Positions 47,935 to 57,752 of a stretch of 64,000 nucleotides of DNA are shown piece after piece (positions within the stretch are counted from its first letter, which is position 1; each line of letters starts with the position of its first letter). The position numbers were made by a program, and so were the translations under genes. The stretch spans positions 160,001 through 224,000 of the forward strand of contig JAAFKI010000045.1 in assembly GCA_021399345.1 (NCBI GenBank), given 5' to 3'. Below the pieces are notes generated by a model. That model did no database searches, had not been told where the DNA came from, and saw only the letters and a program-made list of their open reading frames with translations. This DNA is from Candidatus Heimdallarchaeota archaeon. Its GTDB lineage: Archaea; Asgardarchaeota; Heimdallarchaeia; Heimdallarchaeales; Heimdallarchaeaceae.

Positions 47935-49137
47935 ATTACTGACATTACAGATAATCATAGAATTAAGGAGTTACTGAAGAGAATAAAGAACATGAGAAGA
48001 ATTGGATTAGATACATATATGCTACCAATCCAAGGTGCTGCTTCAAGCAAAGTGCTTATCGATGGTCAAGAATATTTAATGCTTGGTTCTTATAGTTACT
48101 TAGGACTCATAACCCATCCAGATATAATTCAAGCAGGTCATGAAGCTTTAGATAAATATGGTACTGGAGCGGGAGGGGTTAGATTATTAACAGGAACTAC
48201 AGATTTACATCGTTCACTGGAGAAAAAAATTGCTAGTTTTAAGAGGACTGAAGATGCTTTAGTTCTGAGCAGCGGTTACGTAACAAATATGACAGTAATA
48301 TCAACCTTGTTTGGGAAGGATGATTTGGTTGTAATTGACAAATATGATCATCAAAGTATTTATGATGGTTGTATTCTTTCAAAATCAGATTGGAAAAGGT
48401 TCAATCATAATGATATGGATGATTTATCGAGGGTTCTTGAAGAGAATAGAGAAAACTATAAACGTGTGATAGTTATTGTTGATGGAGTTTATAGTATGGA
48501 TGGAGACATAGCTCGAATGCCTGAGATTATCGAAATAGCAAAACAATATGATTCTTCAACAATGGTAGATGAAGCTCATTCAATTGGAACAGTGGGCCCA
48601 AATGGAAGAGGAGTTGATGACTATTTTGATCTTGAACCTGGTGCTGTCGATATCTACATGGGAACTTTAAGCAAAGCAATTCCATCAATTGGAGGGTATA
48701 TTGCTGCGAAAAAGGATGTGATTACTTATTTGAAATTCACTTCCAATGCGTTTATTTTTAGTGCAGCTCTTCCACCAGTTTCAACAGCAGTCGCTCTCAA
48801 AGCACTTGAGATTATTGAAACAGACAAAGATCGTATAAAATCCCTACAGAAAAACTATACTAAGTTCATTAATGGTGTTAAGGGAATAGGTTATGACACA
48901 TTAAAGAGCAAGGACACACCAATTGTTCCTGTTGTAATTGGAGATGATGTTAAAACATTTCGCTTTGCTAAGCAAATGAAAAAGGAAGGAATTTTAGTTC
49001 CACCAATTGTATTTCCTGCAGTTCCTAGAGACAAAGGAAGATTAAGATGTTGTGTTATGGCAACCCATACTGAAGAGGAAATCGATTATATTATAGAAAC
49101 CATGGAAAAAATAGGTAAAAGCCTAAAAGTTATCTAA
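47935..49137 (+). CDS. PLP-dependent alpha-oxoamine synthase (BioF/KBL/SPT family)
   Basis: GSYSYLGL, SGYVTN, HQSIYDG, FNHND, DGVYSMDGD, DEAH, GTLSKA; start ATT 47935 (after GAGGTGA) or ATG 47992. Confidence 0.9.
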   Translation: MTDITDNHRIKELLKRIKNMRRIGLDTYMLPIQGAASSKVLIDGQEYLMLGSYSYLGLITHPDIIQAGHEALDKYGTGAGGVRLLTGTTDLHRSLEKKIASFKRTEDALVLSSGYVTNMTVISTLFGKDDLVVIDKYDHQSIYDGCILSKSDWKRFNHNDMDDLSRVLEENRENYKRVIVIVDGVYSMDGDIARMPEIIEIAKQYDSSTMVDEAHSIGTVGPNGRGVDDYFDLEPGAVDIYMGTLSKAIPSIGGYIAAKKDVITYLKFTSNAFIFSAALPPVSTAVALKALEIIETDKDRIKSLQKNYTKFINGVKGIGYDTLKSKDTPIVPVVIGDDVKTFRFAKQMKKEGILVPPIVFPAVPRDKGRLRCCVMATHTEEEIDYIIETMEKIGKSLKVI

Positions 49138-49201
49138 ATTCTCATTTAGTAATTAGGAACTTTAACAGTTACATTTATCTACATTGAGCATATTTTCTAG
49201 A

Positions 49202-49529
49202 TGGACGAAGCGAAAGGGCAACTTTCGGCATATTGCTGAGGAACCTCCTGACTCCGAAAAACGATGTGGATGCAAATCCACCATATGAGAATATGGCTCT
49301 TGGAACAGAAACGAACGCCCCATTTTCGTAAACAATGATGCGATAAATAGAGTGGTAACATTTCTAGAAGTAAATTGCTGAGAAGAAATTGGGATACGAT
49401 GAAACGGCCAAACATTGTGGAGCAAGCTTAAGTAGAGTTCATATGAACTGGGTAAAGCGCTTAGATGAATGTTGCCAGGAAGATCCTAAAGGCTTCCGAA
49501 CAGAATCAGGGGTATTTCTGCATCGTCCA
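49202..49529 (+). ncRNA. rnpB: RNase P RNA (archaeal)
   Basis: P1 TGGACGA.../...TCGTCCA; CR-I GAGGAACCTCCTGA pairing with CR-V AACAGAATCAGGGGTAT (P4); ACAGAAAC, TGAAACGGC, GGAGCAAG, AGATGAAT in canonical order. Confidence 0.93.
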
Positions 49530-49534
49530 ACAAA

Positions 49535-49547
49535 TTTCTTTTTTTTT
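49535..49547 (+). terminator. Oligo-T terminator after rnpB
   Basis: TTTC followed by T9 immediately 3' of P1. Confidence 0.65.
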
Positions 49548-49627
49548 AGATGCTGAAAATTGCTTACAGTAAGTTTATTAAACCTCTTCTAAGATGTTAC
49601 TTCGAATAAAAAAATAGACGTGTATAA

Positions 49628-51388
49628 ATGCTTAGGAGGTTATCGAACAGTAGCATTCTATCTATACTTGTAGGATTTTCCCTTTTTATTACAATATTAA
49701 ATCCTGCATCTAATATAGCGATAGCTATGAAACCTCCTATAGGGGACAATTCTCAAATTATTTATCAGAGCTATGAAAATGCTACTTTCATTTTTTATCC
49801 ATATTTTGAAGAAATAACAAGAGGAGAGGATGACCTCAATCTAACCATGAAATTCTGTTATGAGAATATTACTTTGATTCCAGATTCAAACATTTATTAT
49901 AATATTACAAACATACTGGATGAAAAAATTTTCGAAGAGAAAGTATGGGTTAATACAACTGCAGAATTTAATCGTACAATTCCATGGCAGACATTTAATG
50001 GTCAAGATGATGGAAACTATACAATCACTGCTGTTGCGAATAGTACTACAACTACATCTTATAACATTACAACTTATTTTACTCTCATAGTTCCTGATTT
50101 TGGACAAGTAAGGATGTTCTTTCCATCAAATCCTGCATTTCTTATTAGGAATCAAGATAATCAAGTTTCATGTGTTATTTCGAATGTAGGTGGAACTACA
50201 GTAACTAATGTCTCAGTAACTAATGAAATTACAAAAACTGGAACAGTTGGTTCAATTACAAGATCTTATTCTATTTACAATTTAGAAATAGCTGAAGGAG
50301 CATTCCACGAAGATATAATAGGTTTTTATCCAGATACTTATCTCTATCAAAAACACTCTTTCACTATCACTTATCGAACAATAGGTGATCCAGAGACGCT
50401 TAGAGTGTATCTTAGTGACCCCATTAAAATAATTGTGATGCCCGATATTGTCGTTGAAAATTTTCAGTTACCAATAAATGTGACCATGGGAGAGAAATAT
50501 ATTATTACGACTAATATAAATAACAGTGAAGAAGAATCACTAATTATTATTCCAAAGATTGTTTGTGATCAAATCAGTTTTTATGATGAATCTGCTATAT
50601 CAATTCCAAAAGGTAATAATATAATCTCTATTTCAGGAACTCCTCTAGTAGATGGAGCATCTTCACTCTACTTTGGTTTTGATTTAGAATGGACTACTGT
50701 TTCTGAAACAAAGTGGTATTCTATCTTACTTTTTACACAGTATCAACTTATATATATCATTCCACTAGAAATCCCCCCCATTATTCTACATCCTGGTGTA
50801 TTTTTTGGTATTGTTTTTTCATCTCTTTTCATAGGATTAGCTTACTTTTCAAGAGATATTATACTTGGTATTGCTAGAAGAACTAGAACAACAAGTTCTC
50901 GGATTTTCCCTGAAGTTTCTTATCCTTTGGAAACAGTAATTCTTGATGGTTCAAATATTGCTTGGGAAGAGAAGAACGACTCTAACAAACCACAAATTAA
51001 CAACATTGAATCCATGATTAACCGATTGAGTAGAGCCAATTTTAAGAAAATTATAACTGTAGCGGACGCAGCATTACGCTATCAGATAGATGAACAAAAA
51101 AGATTAGACAGATTAGTTAAGGAAGGAGCTATGAAAATGTTACCCGCAAGAGTTGATGGAGACAAGTTCATTCTAAGGATAGCAGAAGAGGAAAATGCTA
51201 TGATTGTAAGTAATGATATGTTTAAGGAATTCAGAGAATCAACTCCCTGGATTGATGAAAGAAGGATCCCTTACACTATTTTAGATGGAGAAGTATACTT
51301 GCACCCAACTTCAGTTCTTCCCTCAATTGAAATAGGTAGTAAAGAGAATAAAGAGAGAAAAGAAAACGATAATACCTTTGAAACTTAA
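49628..51388 (+). CDS. Single-pass membrane protein with ectodomain and cytoplasmic Zc3h12a/Regnase-type NYN ribonuclease
   Basis: Signal peptide, beta-rich ectodomain with ~12 NxS/T sequons, TM GVFFGIVFSSLFIGLAYF, then VILDGSNIA, DAALRY, DGDKFIL, IVSNDMFKEF, RRIPY. Confidence 0.85.
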   Translation: MLRRLSNSSILSILVGFSLFITILNPASNIAIAMKPPIGDNSQIIYQSYENATFIFYPYFEEITRGEDDLNLTMKFCYENITLIPDSNIYYNITNILDEKIFEEKVWVNTTAEFNRTIPWQTFNGQDDGNYTITAVANSTTTTSYNITTYFTLIVPDFGQVRMFFPSNPAFLIRNQDNQVSCVISNVGGTTVTNVSVTNEITKTGTVGSITRSYSIYNLEIAEGAFHEDIIGFYPDTYLYQKHSFTITYRTIGDPETLRVYLSDPIKIIVMPDIVVENFQLPINVTMGEKYIITTNINNSEEESLIIIPKIVCDQISFYDESAISIPKGNNIISISGTPLVDGASSLYFGFDLEWTTVSETKWYSILLFTQYQLIYIIPLEIPPIILHPGVFFGIVFSSLFIGLAYFSRDIILGIARRTRTTSSRIFPEVSYPLETVILDGSNIAWEEKNDSNKPQINNIESMINRLSRANFKKIITVADAALRYQIDEQKRLDRLVKEGAMKMLPARVDGDKFILRIAEEENAMIVSNDMFKEFRESTPWIDERRIPYTILDGEVYLHPTSVLPSIEIGSKENKERKENDNTFET

Positions 51389-51459
51389 TTTTCTATAACA
51401 AAAATCTGATAAAACCAAGTCATTATAAAGTACTATGATTATATAATTTTGATAATACT

Positions 51460-52176
51460 ATGAATATGGACCAAGGATATCAAGATTTTTCTAACTTGAA
51501 AACAGGTTATAATGATAACATAAAGTTAGAAAATCTTCCAAAGGATTATTTCTATAGTACAGAATATGATTACATGACGCTACCAGAGGTCCAGTTATTA
51601 TTAACTTTGTCAGATTCGAATATCGCCTACAGTTTTTCAGGATTAAGAAAAACAACACTGCTGCATCAACATCAACTGGCTAAGGCTCTAAAGAGATTAA
51701 TTGATAGAAACTATCTATCCAAAAGAGACAATGGTACATATGAAACAACTAATACTGGTAGCAGATATACAACAGAATTAATCAAAGATCTAATCAGTAA
51801 TAAAGCAGTAAATATTCAGAATAATAGCTTTTACTCTCAGTGGAAAGAAATTCATCTAATTCCACCTCTAAAATCTGAATTATTAGTATCAGTTTTTGAA
51901 AAAAGATGGTTTGGAGGTTTTAGATTCCTATTCAAAAGAGAAAACAGAGATGGAACTGAGCTATGCTGGGAAGATAATGACAGTAATAGAGTCTACTTGT
52001 ATATTCAAAGAAGAGGTTCAATCAAATTTGAATATAGAGCTACTGTTCCTAGTTACAGTAAAATGGAAGAAGCTACAAACTGGATAAGTAATGAAATTCT
52101 AAATCTAGGTGAAGTTAATATAGAAATTGAAGATTATGAAATTGTTGACGATTTTGAGAAAAATACATACAATTAG
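51460..52176 (+). CDS. Winged-helix DNA-binding protein
   Basis: YSFSGLRKTTLLHQHQLAKALKRLIDRNYLSK..NGTYETTNTG. Confidence 0.7.
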   Translation: MNMDQGYQDFSNLKTGYNDNIKLENLPKDYFYSTEYDYMTLPEVQLLLTLSDSNIAYSFSGLRKTTLLHQHQLAKALKRLIDRNYLSKRDNGTYETTNTGSRYTTELIKDLISNKAVNIQNNSFYSQWKEIHLIPPLKSELLVSVFEKRWFGGFRFLFKRENRDGTELCWEDNDSNRVYLYIQRRGSIKFEYRATVPSYSKMEEATNWISNEILNLGEVNIEIEDYEIVDDFEKNTYN

Positions 52177-52239
52177 GTAAATCATTCATAGAACGCTAAA
52201 TATTTAAACAAAATAAAGAAAAAATAATGAGGAATTAAA

Positions 52240-52905
52240 ATGAATAATCCGAATTTTAATGGAATGGGAAATAATAATCCATTTATGGATCCCAAGCACG
52301 GAACAACAACTGTTTCTGTAAGATTTAAAGGAGGAACAGTTGTAGCGGCAGATAGAAGAGCTTCTATGGGCAGTTTTATTGCTTCAAAGAAAGCTCAAAA
52401 AGTCCATGAACTTAATGAATTCACTGTTGCCACAATTGCTGGGTTGGTTTCAGATGCTCAATATCTGGTTCATCTGACAAGAGCTAATCTCAACCTATTC
52501 GAACTTGGTAGAGGATATGCTCCTACTACAAAAATGGCAGGTAATCTATTAGCCTCTATCATGTATGAACAATATAGGGCATATTTTCCATATTATGTCT
52601 CTATGATTGTTGCAGGTTTGGATAAAGATGGTCCTCATATCTATACTTTGGATATGGCAGGTGGAATCACAGAAGAAGACTTTGCTTCCACTGGTTCAGG
52701 TTCTCTAGTTGCCTATGGTGTTCTAGAATCAACCTGGAAAGATGGACTGACTGAAGCTGAAGGACTCAAAGTTACAATAACTGCTTTGGCTACAGCTATT
52801 AGTAGAGATGCAGCAACAGGTGATGGAATGGATGTTCTAGTAGTGAACAAAAAAGGTGTCAAAAGGATGGCATCTGATGAAGTAAAAGGTTACTTGGAGG
52901 CATAA
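52240..52905 (+). CDS. psmB: Proteasome beta subunit
   Basis: Propeptide then HG/TTTV, AADRRAS, SKKAQKV, AGLVSDAQ, STGSGS, RDAATGDG. Confidence 0.95.
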   Translation: MNNPNFNGMGNNNPFMDPKHGTTTVSVRFKGGTVVAADRRASMGSFIASKKAQKVHELNEFTVATIAGLVSDAQYLVHLTRANLNLFELGRGYAPTTKMAGNLLASIMYEQYRAYFPYYVSMIVAGLDKDGPHIYTLDMAGGITEEDFASTGSGSLVAYGVLESTWKDGLTEAEGLKVTITALATAISRDAATGDGMDVLVVNKKGVKRMASDEVKGYLEA

Positions 52906-52909
52906 GAAA

Positions 52910-53566
52910 ATGTTAGGACCACAATCAATGGGTTACGATAGATCACCTTTAATGTACTCTCCTGAAGGGCGTATCATTCAAACAGAATATGCTAGAGAAT
53001 CAGTTAGAAGAGGAAGTATAGCAATAGGAATTAAAAGTAAACACGGTGTTGTTTTAGCTGGATTGTTAAGAGTAGTGGATCTTAATGAACCTGATTTGAA
53101 AATCCATAAAATCTCTAATACTATTCAAGCAATTTTCGCAGGTGTTGCTGCTGATGGTCGTATTTTGATAAATCGAGCTCGCCTTGAAGCAGAAATATTC
53201 AAGCTAACATATGCTGTTCCAATGGATGTCAGAGGTTTAGCTGTTAAGACTGGCGACTATGTCCAGATGTTTACTCAACAAGGTGGATTAAGGCCTTTTG
53301 GAGTTGGAATGTTGTATGGAGGACTAGACGATACTGGATCAAGTTTACAATTTGTAGATCCTGGTGGTGGAGTAGTCTCTTGTAAAGCAAAAGCTATGGG
53401 TGAAGGAGATTCTGAAGCTATTGCTTATCTAAAGGAAAAATATTCTGATGAATTAACAACCGATGAAATGATTCAAATAGCTAAAGACGCTATTCACAAA
53501 GCTGCTAGAGATGTAGAATTAACAGATGACAACATAGCTATTGAAATTATGCCTTATGAGGCATAA
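52910..53566 (+). CDS. psmA: Proteasome alpha subunit
   Basis: GYDR....YSPEGRIIQTEYA, RGSIAIGI, GVAADGR, TQQGGLRPFGV, DPGG. Confidence 0.93.
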   Translation: MLGPQSMGYDRSPLMYSPEGRIIQTEYARESVRRGSIAIGIKSKHGVVLAGLLRVVDLNEPDLKIHKISNTIQAIFAGVAADGRILINRARLEAEIFKLTYAVPMDVRGLAVKTGDYVQMFTQQGGLRPFGVGMLYGGLDDTGSSLQFVDPGGGVVSCKAKAMGEGDSEAIAYLKEKYSDELTTDEMIQIAKDAIHKAARDVELTDDNIAIEIMPYEA

Positions 53567-53632
53567 TCTATCTTTTTCTATTTATTTACGCCAAATTTAT
53601 ATTCGCAAAACTTTATTTTTGTGAAGAGGATT

Positions 53633-54649
53633 ATGAAAGTTTTTCTGTCAAAAGCTATTAGAGTAAACGGAAAAGATTGGAAATTAGCTTGTGATAGTAC
53701 TAACTCACAACACTATCCTCTCGTTTTTTATAGTCATGCTCATTCAGACCATATCCCAAGAAAATTACCAAAAACAGATATAATAACATCACCCGTAACA
53801 AAGATTCTATTGAAGAATTTTGTGTCAAATTTTGATGATGGAAATTTCTTCGATTCTTACTCTATTGATGATGTTACTTTCAAACAAAAATCCAGCGGCC
53901 ATATTGTGGGCTCTACTGCATTGAAAATTGAATCTTCTGAAGGAAAACTAGTTTATACAGGAGATGTTTCAATACGAGATAAGGGATTCTTAGAACCTTT
54001 TTCACCAGAAAAGTGTGATATCTTAATCATTGAAAGTACATTTGGTTCGCCAGATTACGTCTTTCCATCTTATGATGGTGTTATAAAGGAAGCACAAGAA
54101 CAAATATCCCATTATTTGGATAACAATATCCCCGTAGTTTTGATGGGTTATGCCCTAGGAAAAGCACAAATGTTGTATAATGCTTTTTCCCATCTTTCTG
54201 AAAATATAGTTATGCATGGAGCTAATTTCAAGATTAATTCCCTACTTCTAGCTGAGAAAATTAAGGGAGCCATAACTGCAATGGATTATATCGAAGCAAA
54301 AGAATCTAATTTCCTTGGACAATCTAATAAATGGATTCTTTTTACACCTCTGAAATCTGGGCGAGATTTCTTTTTTTCTTATTTGAAGAAAAAATATAAC
54401 GCGAAATTGTTTGCATTCAGTGGTTGGGCAATATCAAGCAGCTATAAATTCAGAATGTCAGTTGATCATAGTTATCCTATAAGTGACCACGCTGATTACA
54501 ATGAATTATTAGAGATTTGCAAAAAAAGCAACCCAAATCAGATTTATACAATCTATGGACATACAACAAGATTTGCAGCAGAGTTAATAAAACATGGATT
54601 TAACGCAATACCCCTTTCTAAGCAGACTATACTAGATTCATTCTTCTAG
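53633..54649 (+). CDS. MBL-fold beta-CASP nuclease (SNM1/ligase-associated exonuclease-like)
   Basis: SHAHSDH, GHIVGS, YTGD, ESTFG.P, YALGKAQ, SGW, SDHADY. Confidence 0.88.
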   Translation: MKVFLSKAIRVNGKDWKLACDSTNSQHYPLVFYSHAHSDHIPRKLPKTDIITSPVTKILLKNFVSNFDDGNFFDSYSIDDVTFKQKSSGHIVGSTALKIESSEGKLVYTGDVSIRDKGFLEPFSPEKCDILIIESTFGSPDYVFPSYDGVIKEAQEQISHYLDNNIPVVLMGYALGKAQMLYNAFSHLSENIVMHGANFKINSLLLAEKIKGAITAMDYIEAKESNFLGQSNKWILFTPLKSGRDFFFSYLKKKYNAKLFAFSGWAISSSYKFRMSVDHSYPISDHADYNELLEICKKSNPNQIYTIYGHTTRFAAELIKHGFNAIPLSKQTILDSFF

Positions 54650-54656
54650 ATATTAA

Positions 54657-55022
54657 TTAACTTGCAATTAAATCTTCAATTCTCCTTTCTTTATAGAGTA
54701 TTTCATTCAAATGTACAACCATTATTGGGATATCTCGTCTTGCGAGGAAATCCCTTGCATTAGAACTAATAGAATTACAGATTAAAACCAACTTCTTCAG
54801 ATTTAGTGAAATAATTATTTGTTCCAATTGGAGTAATTTGTTTGTAGGAATTGTACGTTTCCAATTCATTGTCACGATACCAATATCGTGACTTTCGAGA
54901 TAGAAATCTATCACATATTTCCTTCTACCAAGCTTAAAAGCAGCATTTTCTCTAACTGGTACATTTCTTGATTCTAATTCATTTCTAAGCACATGATTTA
55001 TGATAGATTCTTCACTATTCAT
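54657..55022 (-). CDS. Small restriction-endonuclease-like fold protein
   Basis: ELESRNVPVREN...YVIDFY..., alpha/beta pattern; catalytic ExK not evident; ATG 55022. Confidence 0.4.
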   Translation of the reverse strand: MNSEESIINHVLRNELESRNVPVRENAAFKLGRRKYVIDFYLESHDIGIVTMNWKRTIPTNKLLQLEQIIISLNLKKLVLICNSISSNARDFLARRDIPIMVVHLNEILYKERRIEDLIAS

Positions 55023-55166
55023 TAGAAGAAAGAAAGAGACTTTATTAAAAACAAGGGTTAATATCAGCATAATATACTGGAAACATCTAAGAACGCAATG
55101 TATTGACAAAAATCATGAAACTAGGAAATTTGAAAAAATGTAAAAAGAGAGTTTTTGGCTAAAAAC

Positions 55167-57716
55167 TCAACTGAAAATGTACTTCATGTCCCTTATATTG
55201 GAAATACGCATAAGTATCCTATCGAAAAACGAAATATGTTTCTTTACCATAAACTTAGGTGTATCTGTGTAAATATAGATATAATCAATTTTCTTTCTTT
55301 CAATTTCAAATTCTTTATCTTTGATTTTATAGGCTACTTTGTCATCTTTTAAGCTAGTTAATATGCAAGCAATTCCTGTTTCAATTTCCTCTTTCGTAAA
55401 GAGAACAACAGATTTTCCTATGGTTGATTCTATAAGTCCTGTTTGATTTTCCTTTTTATCATAGTTTAATCGTACTAATACAGGTGGTAAATCAATAATA
55501 ATTTCTTTACCATTCAATTCAAATGTTTTCATTTTTCCATTATCATCTGTTTTCAGAGTAATTGAGGAAGAAGCGAGATTATTTTCAAATGAGAAATTCT
55601 CCAATACCGCTTTTCTATCTAATCCGTCATTGTAACTAAATATTTCCTTACCAACAAAATCTACGAGATATGATATTGGTTTACCTGTATAATCTCTTTC
55701 AAATGTTTTCAAAGGATTGTCTGTCTGTTGAAAAGTAAAAGTTGGTTGTTGAGTTTTTTCATCTTTCTGCCATGAAATCAATTTACCTATTTTTCCATTT
55801 TTTAAGACATACTTGTCATTTACTATAGCATCATGTATAACATAATCTGTAAAGAGTATTTTTTTAGCTTCATCCTTTGTTTGAATATTCAATAAAAGAG
55901 GTCTAACAATGGTATTACTTATTTCAATGTCAGTCACTTCACCTTCAATACAATCATCAAAAACACGGTCATATGCAACGACATATCTCCCCTTTAGCAT
56001 TGAAATCAAGTCGTTCATTCTTGTGATCTCTAGAAATGATTCTACTCCTTTTTCCCCGTGATATTCAGTATATCTCTCAGAAATAAGTTTGGAGAATTCT
56101 TCTCTCTTATTACTCAATTTCTTAATCGATTTTTTTCTTATGAAATTTGGAAGAATAAACCAAAAGGGTAATAGTGCGCCCTTAACTGGAGAATAATCAT
56201 CACTTATAACAGCAACTATCCTGTATGCAGTTCGGGGATGAGACATGAACATATTGGCTATCATATCCCACCTACCAGGTCTGTAAAGATGTCTGTAAAG
56301 TTTCATTGCAGCTTCACCTTGGAATCTTTGTTTTTCTTCAGGAGTAAATTCTCTACCAGTCAACAATTGGACATTTAAACCAAAATCTCCAGCTATGCCT
56401 TGATAAAAACCCTCAAGTTTATACAATACTTGAGCAAGTTCCGTACCATAACCTGCTTTCTTTGCTTGTAAATCGGCATCACCTTCCATGATTCTAACGA
56501 AAATATAGAGAACGACAATTATTCCATAACTAATTAAGAAATACAATCCAAATGGGATAAGACCTTTCACTGCAGCATAATCTAGTGTTGTAGCGGGTAG
56601 TAGGAATCCCTTTTTGATAATCATCTCTATCCAAGCTAGTAATTGTAACCAGACAATATGAGCTCGCTTATTATGGGCTAACTCATGTGCAACGATTCCG
56701 CGTATATCGTCATCGCTAAATTCATCTAAACTAGAAGATATTAGTGCAACTCTTTGATCAAAAAGAGGACCATATGCCATTGCATTCAAAATAGGCGCTT
56801 GAACAAAACCTACTTTGAGTTTTTTATTAATCCCTAAACGAACTCTAACTTCTTCAACAATCTTTAGAACTCGTTTATCATCAGTAGGTTTAATTCCCAG
56901 CAAAAATGTGAGCAACCAACCTGAAATGAAATACATAAAAATTGAAAGAAGGATAACTATCTCCCAGGGTCCAAGAGAAAGGAAAATAGTACGCTGTACT
57001 ATAGGAGAATCTGTTTTTACTAACCCCCCTAGATGATTACCTACACTAGGTAAAAGAGTACTACCGCTAATTGTGAAGAAATTAGATAATGTAAAAGAAT
57101 ATAAACCGATGTAATTCCAGGTAAGGTTATCAAATCCTGGAATTAATTTACCAACACCATAGAGTGCCACATATGCTAAAGCAAAAAGTGTCAAGTATAA
57201 AATTTGAGGTGACATTAAGCGACTAACAAGTACGAATTTTTTACCAAAGAATATCAAGGCAAGAATTATGAAAACATAAATCATAAGGTTATAAGCCCAA
57301 CCTGTAAACAACTCGTTTTTTTCACCAGTAACAAGTTCCCATATTTTATCTCCAACAGTCCCAACTAGAAAAACAAAGTAAGTTACAACTGAAATAATCA
57401 TCATTTCCCGCCAAACTGGAGATTCTCTTAAAATATATGTTTGATAAACAGCTAAAACAAATAATCCTAAAGCAATAGCTATTAACCAATTGCTAAGAAA
57501 GATTAACACCAAACCGAAAGTTAAAGCTATAAATGCCAACATGAGATTTTCAGAAGTTGTTCCATGCCTTACTTTAGTAACAATTTCTGAAATTAGAAAA
57601 ACTAACCCTAACAACGCTATGAGGATACCTATACCTATATTGGGATCATTTTTGATTAATCCCCATAACAGATTCCAATAATCGATAAGTGACATATTAT
57701 CAGTGGCTTTGAACAT
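55167..57716 (-). CDS. M48 (HtpX-like) membrane metalloprotease with extra N-terminal TMs and C-terminal beta domains
   Basis: PILNAMAYG, GIVAHELAH, MEGDAD, FMSHP...RI. Confidence 0.85.
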   Translation of the reverse strand: MFKATDNMSLIDYWNLLWGLIKNDPNIGIGILIALLGLVFLISEIVTKVRHGTTSENLMLAFIALTFGLVLIFLSNWLIAIALGLFVLAVYQTYILRESPVWREMMIISVVTYFVFLVGTVGDKIWELVTGEKNELFTGWAYNLMIYVFIILALIFFGKKFVLVSRLMSPQILYLTLFALAYVALYGVGKLIPGFDNLTWNYIGLYSFTLSNFFTISGSTLLPSVGNHLGGLVKTDSPIVQRTIFLSLGPWEIVILLSIFMYFISGWLLTFLLGIKPTDDKRVLKIVEEVRVRLGINKKLKVGFVQAPILNAMAYGPLFDQRVALISSSLDEFSDDDIRGIVAHELAHNKRAHIVWLQLLAWIEMIIKKGFLLPATTLDYAAVKGLIPFGLYFLISYGIIVVLYIFVRIMEGDADLQAKKAGYGTELAQVLYKLEGFYQGIAGDFGLNVQLLTGREFTPEEKQRFQGEAAMKLYRHLYRPGRWDMIANMFMSHPRTAYRIVAVISDDYSPVKGALLPFWFILPNFIRKKSIKKLSNKREEFSKLISERYTEYHGEKGVESFLEITRMNDLISMLKGRYVVAYDRVFDDCIEGEVTDIEISNTIVRPLLLNIQTKDEAKKILFTDYVIHDAIVNDKYVLKNGKIGKLISWQKDEKTQQPTFTFQQTDNPLKTFERDYTGKPISYLVDFVGKEIFSYNDGLDRKAVLENFSFENNLASSSITLKTDDNGKMKTFELNGKEIIIDLPPVLVRLNYDKKENQTGLIESTIGKSVVLFTKEEIETGIACILTSLKDDKVAYKIKDKEFEIERKKIDYIYIYTDTPKFMVKKHISFFDRILMRISNIRDMKYIFS

Positions 57717-57752
57717 AAAATATATTTAAAGCCTTTGTCTTCTGAAAAACTT

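Noticed and set aside
49162-49425. Minus-strand ORFs of 87 and 72 aa
   Set aside because: Antisense to the RNase P RNA, which explains the region
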